Source of the DNA: an uncultured Nitrospiraceae bacterium
Lineage (GTDB): Bacteria > Nitrospirota > Thermodesulfovibrionia > Thermodesulfovibrionales > Dissulfurispiraceae
Direction: 5' to 3'
NCBI GenBank assembly: GCA_947085205.1
Contig: CAMTVO010000012.1
Location: forward strand, 1-13,230
DNA: 13,230 bases
Shown: positions 1 through 6,992 of the stretch, piece after piece
Layout: each line of letters begins with the position of its first letter
Position numbering within the stretch: the stretch's first letter is position 1
Position numbers and translations under genes: made by a program
The notes under the pieces: generated by a model
Seen by the model: the letters and a program-made list of their open reading frames with translations, nothing else
Told to the model about the DNA's origin: nothing
Databases searched by the model: none

Positions 1-231
1 ATAGATTCTATGTATTTTGTTGTCAGGGAGCTTGACCAGATACATAAGAGGATTGACAGGGTAGAGGAAGAGATAAAGGACTTCAGGGAGGAAGTAAAAA
101 GTGAGATAATGGAACTGAGAAAAGACCTGAATACACTGAGAAAAGACCTGAATACAAAGTTCATGTGGATGATAGGGCTACTTTTTGGAAGCTGGATAAC
201 CATAATATTGACCATACTGTTTAAGGGATAA
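1..231 (+). CDS. Small coiled-coil protein with C-terminal transmembrane anchor (DUF1640/Bdr-like architecture); probably 5'-truncated by the window edge
   Basis: Frame is open from base 1 (IDSMYFVVRELDQ...). The downstream paralog has 16 more residues before the same IDSMY block. Heptad-rich stalk (EEIKDFREEVKSEIMELRKDLNTLRKDLNT), then hydrophobic WMIGLLFGSWITIILTILF. Confidence 0.75.
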   Translation: MDSMYFVVRELDQIHKRIDRVEEEIKDFREEVKSEIMELRKDLNTLRKDLNTKFMWMIGLLFGSWITIILTILFKG

Positions 232-346
232 CATGACAGATGCTGTTGAAGAAAAAGAGAAAAAGCCTGAAGTTCAGCACATAGATTCTATGTATTTTGT
301 TGTCAGGGAGCTTGACCAGATACATAAGAGGATTGACAGGGTAGAG
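1..346 (+). repeat. Exact 66-nt direct repeat (1..66 = 281..346) plus a 21-nt tandem duplication at 114..156
   Basis: Direct comparison of atagattcta...gtagag in both places. actgagaaaagacctgaatac x2 encodes LRKDLNT twice. Confidence 0.95.
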
Positions 347-457
347 CTTGAGATACAAGGGCTTAGAAAAGATCTGGATAATAAATTCCGCTGGATGATT
401 GGACTTATTTTTGTAAGCTGGATTACGATAATGGCAGCTATATTTTCCAGAGGCTAA
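233..457 (+). CDS. Small coiled-coil protein with C-terminal transmembrane anchor, tandem paralog of the preceding gene (74 aa)
   Basis: ATG 1 nt after the upstream TAA, preceded by AAGGGA. 281..346 is identical to 1..66. Shorter stalk and homologous anchor RWMIGLIFVSWITIMAAIF. Confidence 0.8.
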   Translation: MTDAVEEKEKKPEVQHIDSMYFVVRELDQIHKRIDRVELEIQGLRKDLDNKFRWMIGLIFVSWITIMAAIFSRG

Positions 458-483
458 CAATTAAAGCCACATGAAAAGAACTA

Positions 484-600
484 TTGACACATGCAATTAA
501 AAAAGTTACCCTTGAACTCATCTACGAGGTTGTTGATGAGCGGACATCTAAGATATTAGAAAGGCTCGAAAAGATTGAAAGGCGTCAGAAGGAAAAGTGA
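484..600 (+). CDS. Putative 38-aa charged helical peptide (MTHAIKKVTLELIYEVVDERTSKILERLEKIERRQKEK), possibly a truncated coiled-coil gene
   Basis: TTG start, protein-like amphipathic sequence, TGA overlapping the GTG of the next gene (GTGA). No strong RBS. Too short for the ORF track. Confidence 0.45.
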   Translation: MTHAIKKVTLELIYEVVDERTSKILERLEKIERRQKEK

Positions 601-860
601 CTAAATTAGCTGGCATTATCCTTGTGGTTAGTGGTATAGTTTTGGGGCTTTATATAGGCATATGGGTCTGTTTTATTGGAGGGATTGTGCAGATTATTAA
701 TGAAATAAAGTCACCTGATGCAGTAAACGCTATAAATGTGGCAATTGGAATAGGGCGGATTATATTTGCTGGAATAATAGGCTGGGTTGTGACTATATTA
801 GGGATATTGCCGGGAACAGCGCTTTTAACAAAAGGCTTCCATTGGAAGCAAAAAACATGA
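597..860 (+). CDS. Hypothetical membrane protein, 87 aa, two long Gly/Ile-rich hydrophobic segments
   Basis: GTG start with AAGGA upstream. Two hydrophobic stretches separated by NEIKSPDAVN. Followed by hairpin agctcatg-atc-catgagct (861..879). Confidence 0.7.
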   Translation: MTKLAGIILVVSGIVLGLYIGIWVCFIGGIVQIINEIKSPDAVNAINVAIGIGRIIFAGIIGWVVTILGILPGTALLTKGFHWKQKT

Positions 861-918
861 AGCTCATGATCCATGAGCTAAGAAAAAAAGGGGGTGATGC
901 CGGGAAGAAGACAGAAAT

Positions 919-944
919 GTAGGGGCTGGTTTCAAACCTGCCCT
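919..944 (+). repeat. Single REP-like palindrome with GTAG foot
   Basis: GTAG-GGGCTGGTTT-C-AAACCTGCCC-T: a GTAG tetranucleotide followed by an imperfect hairpin, the layout of RAYT-associated REPs. Confidence 0.6.
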
Positions 945-996
945 CAGAAGACAGGAAGCAAATCCCGTTTTTAACGGGACCAATACTGAACCAGAA

Positions 997-1138
997 CAGT
1001 GAATAGTGACAGTGACCAGTGTTCAGAAAAGCAGTATTCAGTGTCAGTGATTAGTGTCAGTAAAATTTGTCACTGACACAGACACTAAAAACTGAAACTG
1101 TAAGAGACTGACACTGACACTTTAAACTGACACTGACT
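997..1138. repeat. Inverted array of 6-7-nt units (CAGTGT/CAGTGA followed by ACACTG/CACTGA) forming a long imperfect hairpin
   Basis: 1038..1061 pairs with 1113..1136 at 20/24. 1039..1061 matches 11828..11850 at 22/23. Confidence 0.85.
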
Positions 1139-1158
1139 GGGAAGTGAAGGAGAGTTAA

Positions 1159-2643
1159 ATGAAAAAGTATTTGGCATTAGTTTTAAGCATGGTGTTTGTG
1201 CTCGGCTTTGCAGCCTCAGCATTCGCCATTCATGCCACAATCCCTTCTGAGACAACAGCAGTCGTTGCCCCGAAAGGCACCGAAGTAAGGCTCGGCGGTG
1301 AAATCAGAATCAGGGGCTGGCATGTGGATAGTACTGCAACCAATGCAGGGGTAAGGTCAGATACTGGCTATCCCTATAAGCCTACTGAAGGAAGCACTGC
1401 AGCCTCATGGTATGACCAGAGGGTAAGGCTTTTGCTTGATATTAAGACAGCGCCTAATGTAACTGGTAGAATTCACCTTGAGACAGACCCAGAGAACTGG
1501 AACTGGGGCACAACAGGAGGCACAAGCACTCAATTTGATAGCACAGTTGGAGCAGCCGGTCGTGGCGGAAGTAAAAGGGGAGGTAGCACCACGGGTAACA
1601 CGCTTGCTATCCTTGAGGCATGGATTGCCTACACAGGCAAGGGACTCCTCGGAGTTCCATCCGGCATAAAGCTCGGTCATCAGCCGATTGTAGTTGGCGA
1701 AGGCACATTCTTTGACCACAGGAGATACGGCGATGACGCCATTGTCCTCTGGATAGAGCCTGCAAAAGGCACAGAGATTAACTTGGTAACAGCAAAGCTG
1801 TCTGAGAGCACTACAACTCTTAACACTAACGATATTGACCTTTATACCTTAATTCTCTCACACAAGCTGGATAAAGACCACACCGTAGGGGCTAACTACT
1901 CTATAATTAAATCTGACGGTATAGCTACTGCAGGTGATGTGTTGGTTTATCGCGGCATTGCTAATGTAGCAGGCGACAGCATCAATATTCAGAACCTCGG
2001 GTTACTTGCAAAAGGCAAAATCGCAGGTCTTGGCTATAAGGCAACCGCAGATTTTCAATTTGGTGAAACCAAGACAGGCGCAGGAGTAAAGAGGGAAAAA
2101 TACAGCGGCTATGGATATACCTTGGGTGTTGACTACAAGGTTGACCCTGTAACAGTTAGGGCAAACTATGTGTATGGCTCAGGTGACACAATTACCACTG
2201 ACGACAAAAACAAGGCATTCCAGACATTTGTCGGCAATGTCATAGACCCAAATCTGCCCACAGTAGTTTACGGATGGAGGATCAATACAGCAGCAACAGG
2301 TGCAGTACGCGGCACAGGTATCTCCAACACCACAGCTTACAATCTCGGTCTCACATTCTCACCGATAAAAGACCTGACTGCTCATCTTGACTACTATCTG
2401 TTAAGGGCATCAAAGGCGCTTAGAACAACCCAAGGCACAGCAGCAGGAGAGGTAGGCTTTAGCAAGAAGATCGGCTCTGAAGTTGACCTGAAGCTCAGCT
2501 ACAGGCTCGCAAGGAACCTCACATACTCGAGTAATTCAGGTATCCTCTTTGCTGGAGACTTCTACAAGGCAAACACAACAGGCGTAACGAGCAATCCGAA
2601 GGACGCCGTTGTATTACAGCACCAGATAGTGTTGAGCTTCTAA
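1159..2643 (+). CDS. Outer-membrane beta-barrel porin (alginate export/AlgE-like family), 494 aa
   Basis: RBS AAGGAG. Sec signal peptide ending ASAFA. Alternating beta-strand patterns (GGEIRIRG, YDQRVRL, IGSEVDLKLSY), Gly/Thr-rich loops and C-terminal Phe (IVLSF). Confidence 0.85.
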   Translation: MKKYLALVLSMVFVLGFAASAFAIHATIPSETTAVVAPKGTEVRLGGEIRIRGWHVDSTATNAGVRSDTGYPYKPTEGSTAASWYDQRVRLLLDIKTAPNVTGRIHLETDPENWNWGTTGGTSTQFDSTVGAAGRGGSKRGGSTTGNTLAILEAWIAYTGKGLLGVPSGIKLGHQPIVVGEGTFFDHRRYGDDAIVLWIEPAKGTEINLVTAKLSESTTTLNTNDIDLYTLILSHKLDKDHTVGANYSIIKSDGIATAGDVLVYRGIANVAGDSINIQNLGLLAKGKIAGLGYKATADFQFGETKTGAGVKREKYSGYGYTLGVDYKVDPVTVRANYVYGSGDTITTDDKNKAFQTFVGNVIDPNLPTVVYGWRINTAATGAVRGTGISNTTAYNLGLTFSPIKDLTAHLDYYLLRASKALRTTQGTAAGEVGFSKKIGSEVDLKLSYRLARNLTYSSNSGILFAGDFYKANTTGVTSNPKDAVVLQHQIVLSF

Positions 2644-2679
2644 AGACCTAATGCGTTATGCGTAAAGCGTAAAAGACTT

Positions 2680-2721
2680 AAAACAAAAAAGGCGGGGCAA
2701 ATGCCCCGCCTTTTTTGTTTT
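2680..2721. terminator. Rho-independent terminator, bidirectional layout
   Basis: Perfect 20-bp IR aaaacaaaaaaggcggggca-aa-tgccccgccttttttgtttt just after the porin stop. Confidence 0.92.
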
Positions 2722-2725
2722 GATT

Positions 2726-2754
2726 TTGAAAATTTTGTTAAATTCTGCTAACAT
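2726..2754 (+). promoter_or_regulatory. Putative sigma70 promoter giving a leaderless mRNA
   Basis: TTGAAA(2726-31)-N17-TAACAT(2749-54) with extended TG at 2746-47. ATG 2761 sits at the expected +1 and has no SD. Confidence 0.55.
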
Positions 2755-2760
2755 GTTGAT

Positions 2761-3009
2761 ATGGAGTCTGTTGAGGCGATAAAGGAAAATATTAAATTCA
2801 ACACTGAAAAACTTAAAATAGTTTCAACAGTGGTTATACTATTGACTGGTGGACTGATAGGGTTGCTCTTTAAAGATACTGAAGATTTAGTAAAAAGGAT
2901 ATTATTTGTTGCCGGCGCTATTGCTTTTTTTATTGCGGCAATTTATTTGTGGAGATTGAATAATATCATCAAGAAATTATTAAACTCGCTGGAGGTGAAA
3001 AATGTTTGA
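2761..3009 (+). CDS. Hypothetical small membrane protein with 2 TM helices, 82 aa
   Basis: Hydrophobic segments IVSTVVILLTGGLIGLLF and ILFVAGAIAFFIAAIYLW with charged amphipathic flanks. Confidence 0.75.
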   Translation: MESVEAIKENIKFNTEKLKIVSTVVILLTGGLIGLLFKDTEDLVKRILFVAGAIAFFIAAIYLWRLNNIIKKLLNSLEVKNV

Positions 3010-3109
3010 GATTATCGGCGCTATAGTCATCGGGCTGTTAGTGATACTTTTTGTGTTGAGCCTTACTCATGACGAACTGTTTAAAAAACATACACACGGC
3101 AGTGAATAA
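3002..3109 (+). CDS. 35-aa single-TM peptide MFEIIGAIVIGLLVILFVLSLTHDELFKKHTHGSE
   Basis: Strong SD GGAGGT at 2991-96. ATG overlaps the end of the upstream gene. One hydrophobic helix and a His-containing tail. Not in the ORF track. Confidence 0.65.
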   Translation: MFEIIGAIVIGLLVILFVLSLTHDELFKKHTHGSE

Positions 3110-3126
3110 AGTTATAAAGGGGACGG

Positions 3127-4782
3127 CAGGCTGTCCCAAAATGATGGCATGAAATCTGCATATTATTTTGTAGATTTTTTGAAAGGAGGCAGATGCATGT
3201 CATTTAAGGAATACAATCAAGATCAACCGTTTCTTTTGCCCCTGTCGTTACATGACTTTTTGTCTGATGGACACTTAGCCCGTGTTATAAATGAAGTGGT
3301 TAATGAACTTGACCTTAGAGGACTCTATGATAGGTATTCAGATTTAGGCTGTTCTGCATATCATCCCCAGATGATGTTGAAGATACTTTTTTATGGATAT
3401 GCCACAGGGGAGAGAAGTTCCCGTGTGATAGCACACAGATTAAGGAGTGATATCGCATATATGTATTTATCAGCAATGCAGCAACCTGACTTCAGGACAG
3501 TAAACAGATTTCGTAAAGACAACATAGATATTCTTAAGGGATTATTTGTTCAAATAGTAAGACTCTGTGTAGAGATGGGGATGGTATGTGTAGGAACGAT
3601 AGCGATAGATGGGACGAAGTTAAAAGCAAATGCATCTTATCGGAAGACAAAAAAGGCATCAGATTTGGATGAAGACGTAGCTATTATAGGGGAGCAAATA
3701 GAATCCATCCTTAAAGAATGCGAAGAGACAGACAACAGAGAAGATGAACTGATGGGAGAAGATAAAAGCCTCTATGAGGTCAATCCTGAATTAAAAGAGA
3801 AACAAAAGCTGAAGGAAAGGCTCCAGAGGGCAAAAGAGAAACTAACTATTAGAGGGTCAAAAGAGATAAACCTCACGGATGAAGAAGCTACTACGATGTT
3901 ACACAAAGGGTATCGTCCTGAGCCATCTTACAATGGGCAGATAGCAGTAGAAGAAAGCAATGGAGTAATAGTAGCAGCAACCTTAACTAACAATCCTGCT
4001 GACTATGCGGCATTAACCGAATTAATAGAGGAGACCGAAACGAATACAGGTGACAGTCCATTAGAGGTGGTGGCAGATTCGGGATTTTCATCATATGAGA
4101 ACTTAGAGTATTTAGAAAAAAAAGAAATAGAAGGCTATATACCAGATCAGAAGAGGGAGAGCATTCGCAAAGGCACATACAAACATCCTGAGTTTCATAA
4201 AAGCAGATTCAAATACAATGAAGCCGATGATACTTATACATGTCCGATGGGTAAGACGCTTACATATAAAGGATTGCTGAAAAGAGAAGGTAATCCTGAT
4301 ATAAGGATATACAAATGCAACGATTGTCCTGGATGTGAACGAAAAGAAGAATGCACAAAGGCAGAACAGAGGACAATAAGTCTTGATCCGAGGGAGCATT
4401 TAATGCAGAAAATGCGGACTCGATTAGATACAAAAGAAGGCAAGAGAAAATATGGGAAAAGGAAATACATAGTAGAGCCTGTATTTGGAGATATGAAATA
4501 CAATCGAAACATGAGAGGGGTTTTACTGAGAGGAAAACTAAAGGCTAAAGGAGAGTTTTTGATGATGTGCATTGCACATAACCTGAAAAAGATAGCGAGG
4601 TATATAACAGAAATGGGCAACAGCCCAATGCTACTATGCCCGATAAAGGCATAGATAGGTATGTTTTAGTATCTTATACCTGTGAAAAACTAATAGTGTC
4701 TACAAAACAGGACTTTTTATAATGAATTTTCAAGTTGACTATGAAAGTAGGGTTAGATCAAAAAACATTTTGGGACAGCCTG
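3127..4782 (+). mobile_element. Complete IS1182-family insertion sequence, 1656 bp
   Basis: Perfect 17-bp terminal IRs caggctgtcccaaaatg (3127-43) and cattttgggacagcctg (4766-82). 4-bp TSD ACGG (3123-26, 4783-86). Single transposase ORF. Confidence 0.95.
3197..4654 (+). CDS. IS1182-family DDE transposase (485 aa from ATG 3197)
   Basis: SD GGAGG before ATG 3197. Family motifs AYHPQMMLKILFYGY, PDFRTVNRFR, IDGTKLKANAS, VVADSGF, a Cys-rich insertion, RKYIVEPVFGDMK and IAHNLKK. Confidence 0.93.
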   Translation: MSFKEYNQDQPFLLPLSLHDFLSDGHLARVINEVVNELDLRGLYDRYSDLGCSAYHPQMMLKILFYGYATGERSSRVIAHRLRSDIAYMYLSAMQQPDFRTVNRFRKDNIDILKGLFVQIVRLCVEMGMVCVGTIAIDGTKLKANASYRKTKKASDLDEDVAIIGEQIESILKECEETDNREDELMGEDKSLYEVNPELKEKQKLKERLQRAKEKLTIRGSKEINLTDEEATTMLHKGYRPEPSYNGQIAVEESNGVIVAATLTNNPADYAALTELIEETETNTGDSPLEVVADSGFSSYENLEYLEKKEIEGYIPDQKRESIRKGTYKHPEFHKSRFKYNEADDTYTCPMGKTLTYKGLLKREGNPDIRIYKCNDCPGCERKEECTKAEQRTISLDPREHLMQKMRTRLDTKEGKRKYGKRKYIVEPVFGDMKYNRNMRGVLLRGKLKAKGEFLMMCIAHNLKKIARYITEMGNSPMLLCPIKA

Positions 4783-4810
4783 ACGGTTCTATTTATATTC
4801 CTTTTCGGAT

Positions 4811-4840
4811 TTGACATAGTCTGCGCAATTATGATAACTT
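4811..4840 (+). promoter_or_regulatory. Putative sigma70 promoter upstream of the tRNA pair
   Basis: TTGACA(4811-16)-N18-TAACTT(4835-40) with extended TG at 4832-33. Confidence 0.5.
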
Positions 4841-4930
4841 TCATGTCATGCCTTTCCGGAAGCCGAGACGCTTTGAAAAAGGCAGTGAATAGTATTTAGT
4901 TAAAAACTGTTTACTATTCACTAATTAATT

Positions 4931-5006
4931 GCGGGTGTAGCTCAGTTGGTAGAGCACAACCTTGCCAAGGTTGGGGTCGCGGGTTCGAATCCCGTCGCCC
5001 GCTCCA
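4931..5006 (+). tRNA. tRNA-Gly (GCC)
   Basis: Acceptor stem gcgggtg/cgcccgc, D arm agctcagttggtagagc, anticodon arm caacc-ttGCCaa-ggttg, T loop GTTCGAATC, encoded CCA. 76 nt. Confidence 0.98.
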
Positions 5007-5016
5007 TAAATAATTC

Positions 5017-5092
5017 GGCGGCGTACCCAAGTGGCTAAGGGAGAGGTCTGCAAAACCTCGATGCAGCGGTTCGAATCCGCTCGCCGCCTCCA
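5017..5092 (+). tRNA. tRNA-Cys (GCA)
   Basis: Acceptor stem ggcggcg/cgccgcc, anticodon arm gaggt-ctGCAaa-acctc, T loop GTTCGAATC, U discriminator and CCA. Confidence 0.97.
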
Positions 5093-5105
5093 AACTTACA
5101 TTCAA

Positions 5106-6440
5106 TCAAATCTCAAATCTCTTCCTTCCCCTGTATTTCTCAAACTCCTCTTTCTTTGCCTCGTATCCCTTCTTGCCCATCATTCCGTATGTCAGATTTT
5201 TCCCTTCCTCAACGCCCGGTTGGTTGAAGGGGTTTATTTCAAATAAAAATCCTGCAACTGCTGTGGCGATTTCGAAGAAGTGGAAAAGCTGTCCTAAATG
5301 GTATGCATCTATTTTTGGAGCCCTTATTGTGATGCCCGGCCTTCCGCTCTTTGTAAGGGCAATCTCCGAAGCCTCCTGCTCAATCTTTATCAGTTCAGAA
5401 AGATTATGGCCTCCCAAATAATCGAGGCCTTCCATATCTTCAAACACTTTTGGTATCTCAACATCTGCGCCGTAATCCTCTATTGCCAAAAACACAACCA
5501 CTTTATCCTCAGCGCCCTCCATCCATAACTGCAACTGCGAATGCTGGTCTGTTGTGCCGACGGATGGATACGGCGTAAGACCTTTACCGTCCTTGCCTAA
5601 GCTCTCAGCCCACAACTGGCAGAACCATTCCGAGAACGGCTTCAGGCGGTCGGCATAGGGCATTATCACTGTGATGTTCCTGTTTTTAAGCTGCTGCATT
5701 AGATAAAGTCCAGACGAAAACAGATAAGCTGGATTCTGCCATAAATCGGCATTCATGCATCTATCATGTATATCCTTTGCGCCTTTCAGCATCTCATCAG
5801 AACTGACACCGATTGCCTCTGCGAGCAGAAGCCCTACTGCGCTTAAAACAGAGTATCTCCCGCCGATGCCTTGAGAAATAGAGAGCGATTTAATGCCATA
5901 ATCCTTTACTATCTTTCTCATATTTCCCTTTTCAGGATCTGTAGTGATAATGATATGCTCTTCAGGCTTTAGCGACATTTTTTTTAATCTGTCCCATACG
6001 ACCATGAACGATGCAATCGTCTCTGCCGTGCTTCCTGACTTTGTTATCACATTTATGACTGTTTTTTTAAGGTCTATCAAACTTAGTATATTCTTCAATG
6101 TTGCAGGGTCAACATTGTCGTAAATAAAGACTTTAGGACTATTCGGATTATTCCTTAAGTTGTGGAAAGGGCTCAGCGCCTCAAGGATTGACCTTGGCCC
6201 CAGAGCTGAACCTCCGATGCCAAGAAGGAGGAAGTTTTCGAATGTACTTGAATATTTCCCCAATTCTTTTATTGATGCGGTATCGGCTTTATGCAGGTCG
6301 AGGAATTCAAGTTCTTTGTACTTCTTAGACTCTATTGTCTCAGCAATTTTTTTCGTATCAATGCCCTGAAAATCGTCCTTTGTCAAACCGTTTTTGCCTA
6401 TAGACTCCTGCATTAAATTAGAAAAATCAATTCTTATCAT
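5106..6440 (-). CDS. pgi: Glucose-6-phosphate isomerase
   Basis: Motifs LGIGGSALG, ITKSGSTAET, GIGGRYSVLSAVG, QLWAESLGK, TDQHS and NPFNQPGVEEGK. SD GGAGG. Confidence 0.97.
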   Translation of the reverse strand: MIRIDFSNLMQESIGKNGLTKDDFQGIDTKKIAETIESKKYKELEFLDLHKADTASIKELGKYSSTFENFLLLGIGGSALGPRSILEALSPFHNLRNNPNSPKVFIYDNVDPATLKNILSLIDLKKTVINVITKSGSTAETIASFMVVWDRLKKMSLKPEEHIIITTDPEKGNMRKIVKDYGIKSLSISQGIGGRYSVLSAVGLLLAEAIGVSSDEMLKGAKDIHDRCMNADLWQNPAYLFSSGLYLMQQLKNRNITVIMPYADRLKPFSEWFCQLWAESLGKDGKGLTPYPSVGTTDQHSQLQLWMEGAEDKVVVFLAIEDYGADVEIPKVFEDMEGLDYLGGHNLSELIKIEQEASEIALTKSGRPGITIRAPKIDAYHLGQLFHFFEIATAVAGFLFEINPFNQPGVEEGKNLTYGMMGKKGYEAKKEEFEKYRGRKRFEI

Positions 6441-6455
6441 ATAAAACCTCCGGGG

Positions 6456-6545
6456 GAATAAAGGGGACGGTTCTATTTAATTTGATTTGTCAATTATAAT
6501 TTCACTGCCTGATTTGTCAATTAAATAGAACCGTCCCCTTTATTC
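6456..6545. repeat. 90-bp inverted-repeat element (REPIN/MITE-like), copy A
   Basis: Perfect 27-bp arms gaataaaggggacggttctatttaatt (6456-82) and its reverse complement (6519-45). Confidence 0.92.
6493..6520 (-). promoter_or_regulatory. Consensus sigma70 promoter inside element copy A, pointing at pgi
   Basis: Minus strand reads TTGACA(6520-15)-aatcaggcagtgaaat (16 nt)-TATAAT(6498-93). Confidence 0.65.
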
Positions 6546-6917
6546 TACCCTTTTGGCCGCAATCAGGCCTTCCTTAATCATAATAATAAATACTACCGTA
6601 AAACCTATGAGTAGTCCATATGCGTTTATAACCTTAAATATGGCCAGTATCAGCAGAATGGAAAATAACACCAGCAGTCTGAAGAAACTCAAAAACACCA
6701 TTTTTGTCTGCGCTTTTTCTGTGCCGAGAAGGCTGCGTATGCCCCAGACTATTCCTCTGAGATTTAGTATTCCGATAAAACCTCCTATGAGAATGCTAAG
6801 AGAAAACCTCCAGTCCCACGATGTAACGAAAATCGAAACCAAAGAGAGAGGTATCGCTACAAAAATCGATTGTTTGTATATCCTCTTAATCATCAACTCC
6901 CATGACCCTTGAGTCAT
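6540..6917 (-). CDS. atpI: ATP synthase protein I (4-TM AtpI/UncI-like)
   Basis: Four hydrophobic segments with a GG-x-IG-x-LN motif in TM2 and FRLL in TM3. Follows an AtpZ-type gene. ATG 6917 preferred over 6944 because of the AGGGGT SD. Confidence 0.75.
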   Translation of the reverse strand: MTQGSWELMIKRIYKQSIFVAIPLSLVSIFVTSWDWRFSLSILIGGFIGILNLRGIVWGIRSLLGTEKAQTKMVFLSFFRLLVLFSILLILAIFKVINAYGLLIGFTVVFIIMIKEGLIAAKRVE

Positions 6918-6992
6918 AATCTTACCCCTTTCATAATTTCTCATCTATCAAAATCTCTCCAACGGTATGATTGTCTTTTGCCTGCACCTTCT

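Noticed and set aside
1..346. Diversity-generating retroelement TR/VR pair
   Set aside because: The repeat is 100% identical with no adenine-specific mismatches, lies at gene 5' ends, and no reverse transcriptase is in the window.
997..1138. CRISPR array (also considered for 11822-11930 and the GGGGACGG family)
   Set aside because: Units are degenerate 6-7-mers in inverted layout with no constant repeat plus unique spacers, and there are no cas genes.
2651..2675. atgcgtt-atgcgta-aagcgta heptamer run as a separate element
   Set aside because: Only three degenerate units and no inverted partner. Too little to call.
3098..4891. 11-nt direct repeat ggcagtgaata (3098-3108, 4881-4891) as the ends of a larger composite element
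   Set aside because: CAGTGAA words are common in the local repeat families, so chance is plausible. The IS already has its own IRs and TSD.
4931..5105. tRNA-anchored genomic island or prophage
   Set aside because: No integrase and no duplicated tRNA 3' end in the window. pgi ends 13 nt after tRNA-Cys.
4914..5246. ORFs 4914..5105(-) and 5031..5246(+)
   Set aside because: Shadow translations of the two tRNA genes and the pgi antisense strand.
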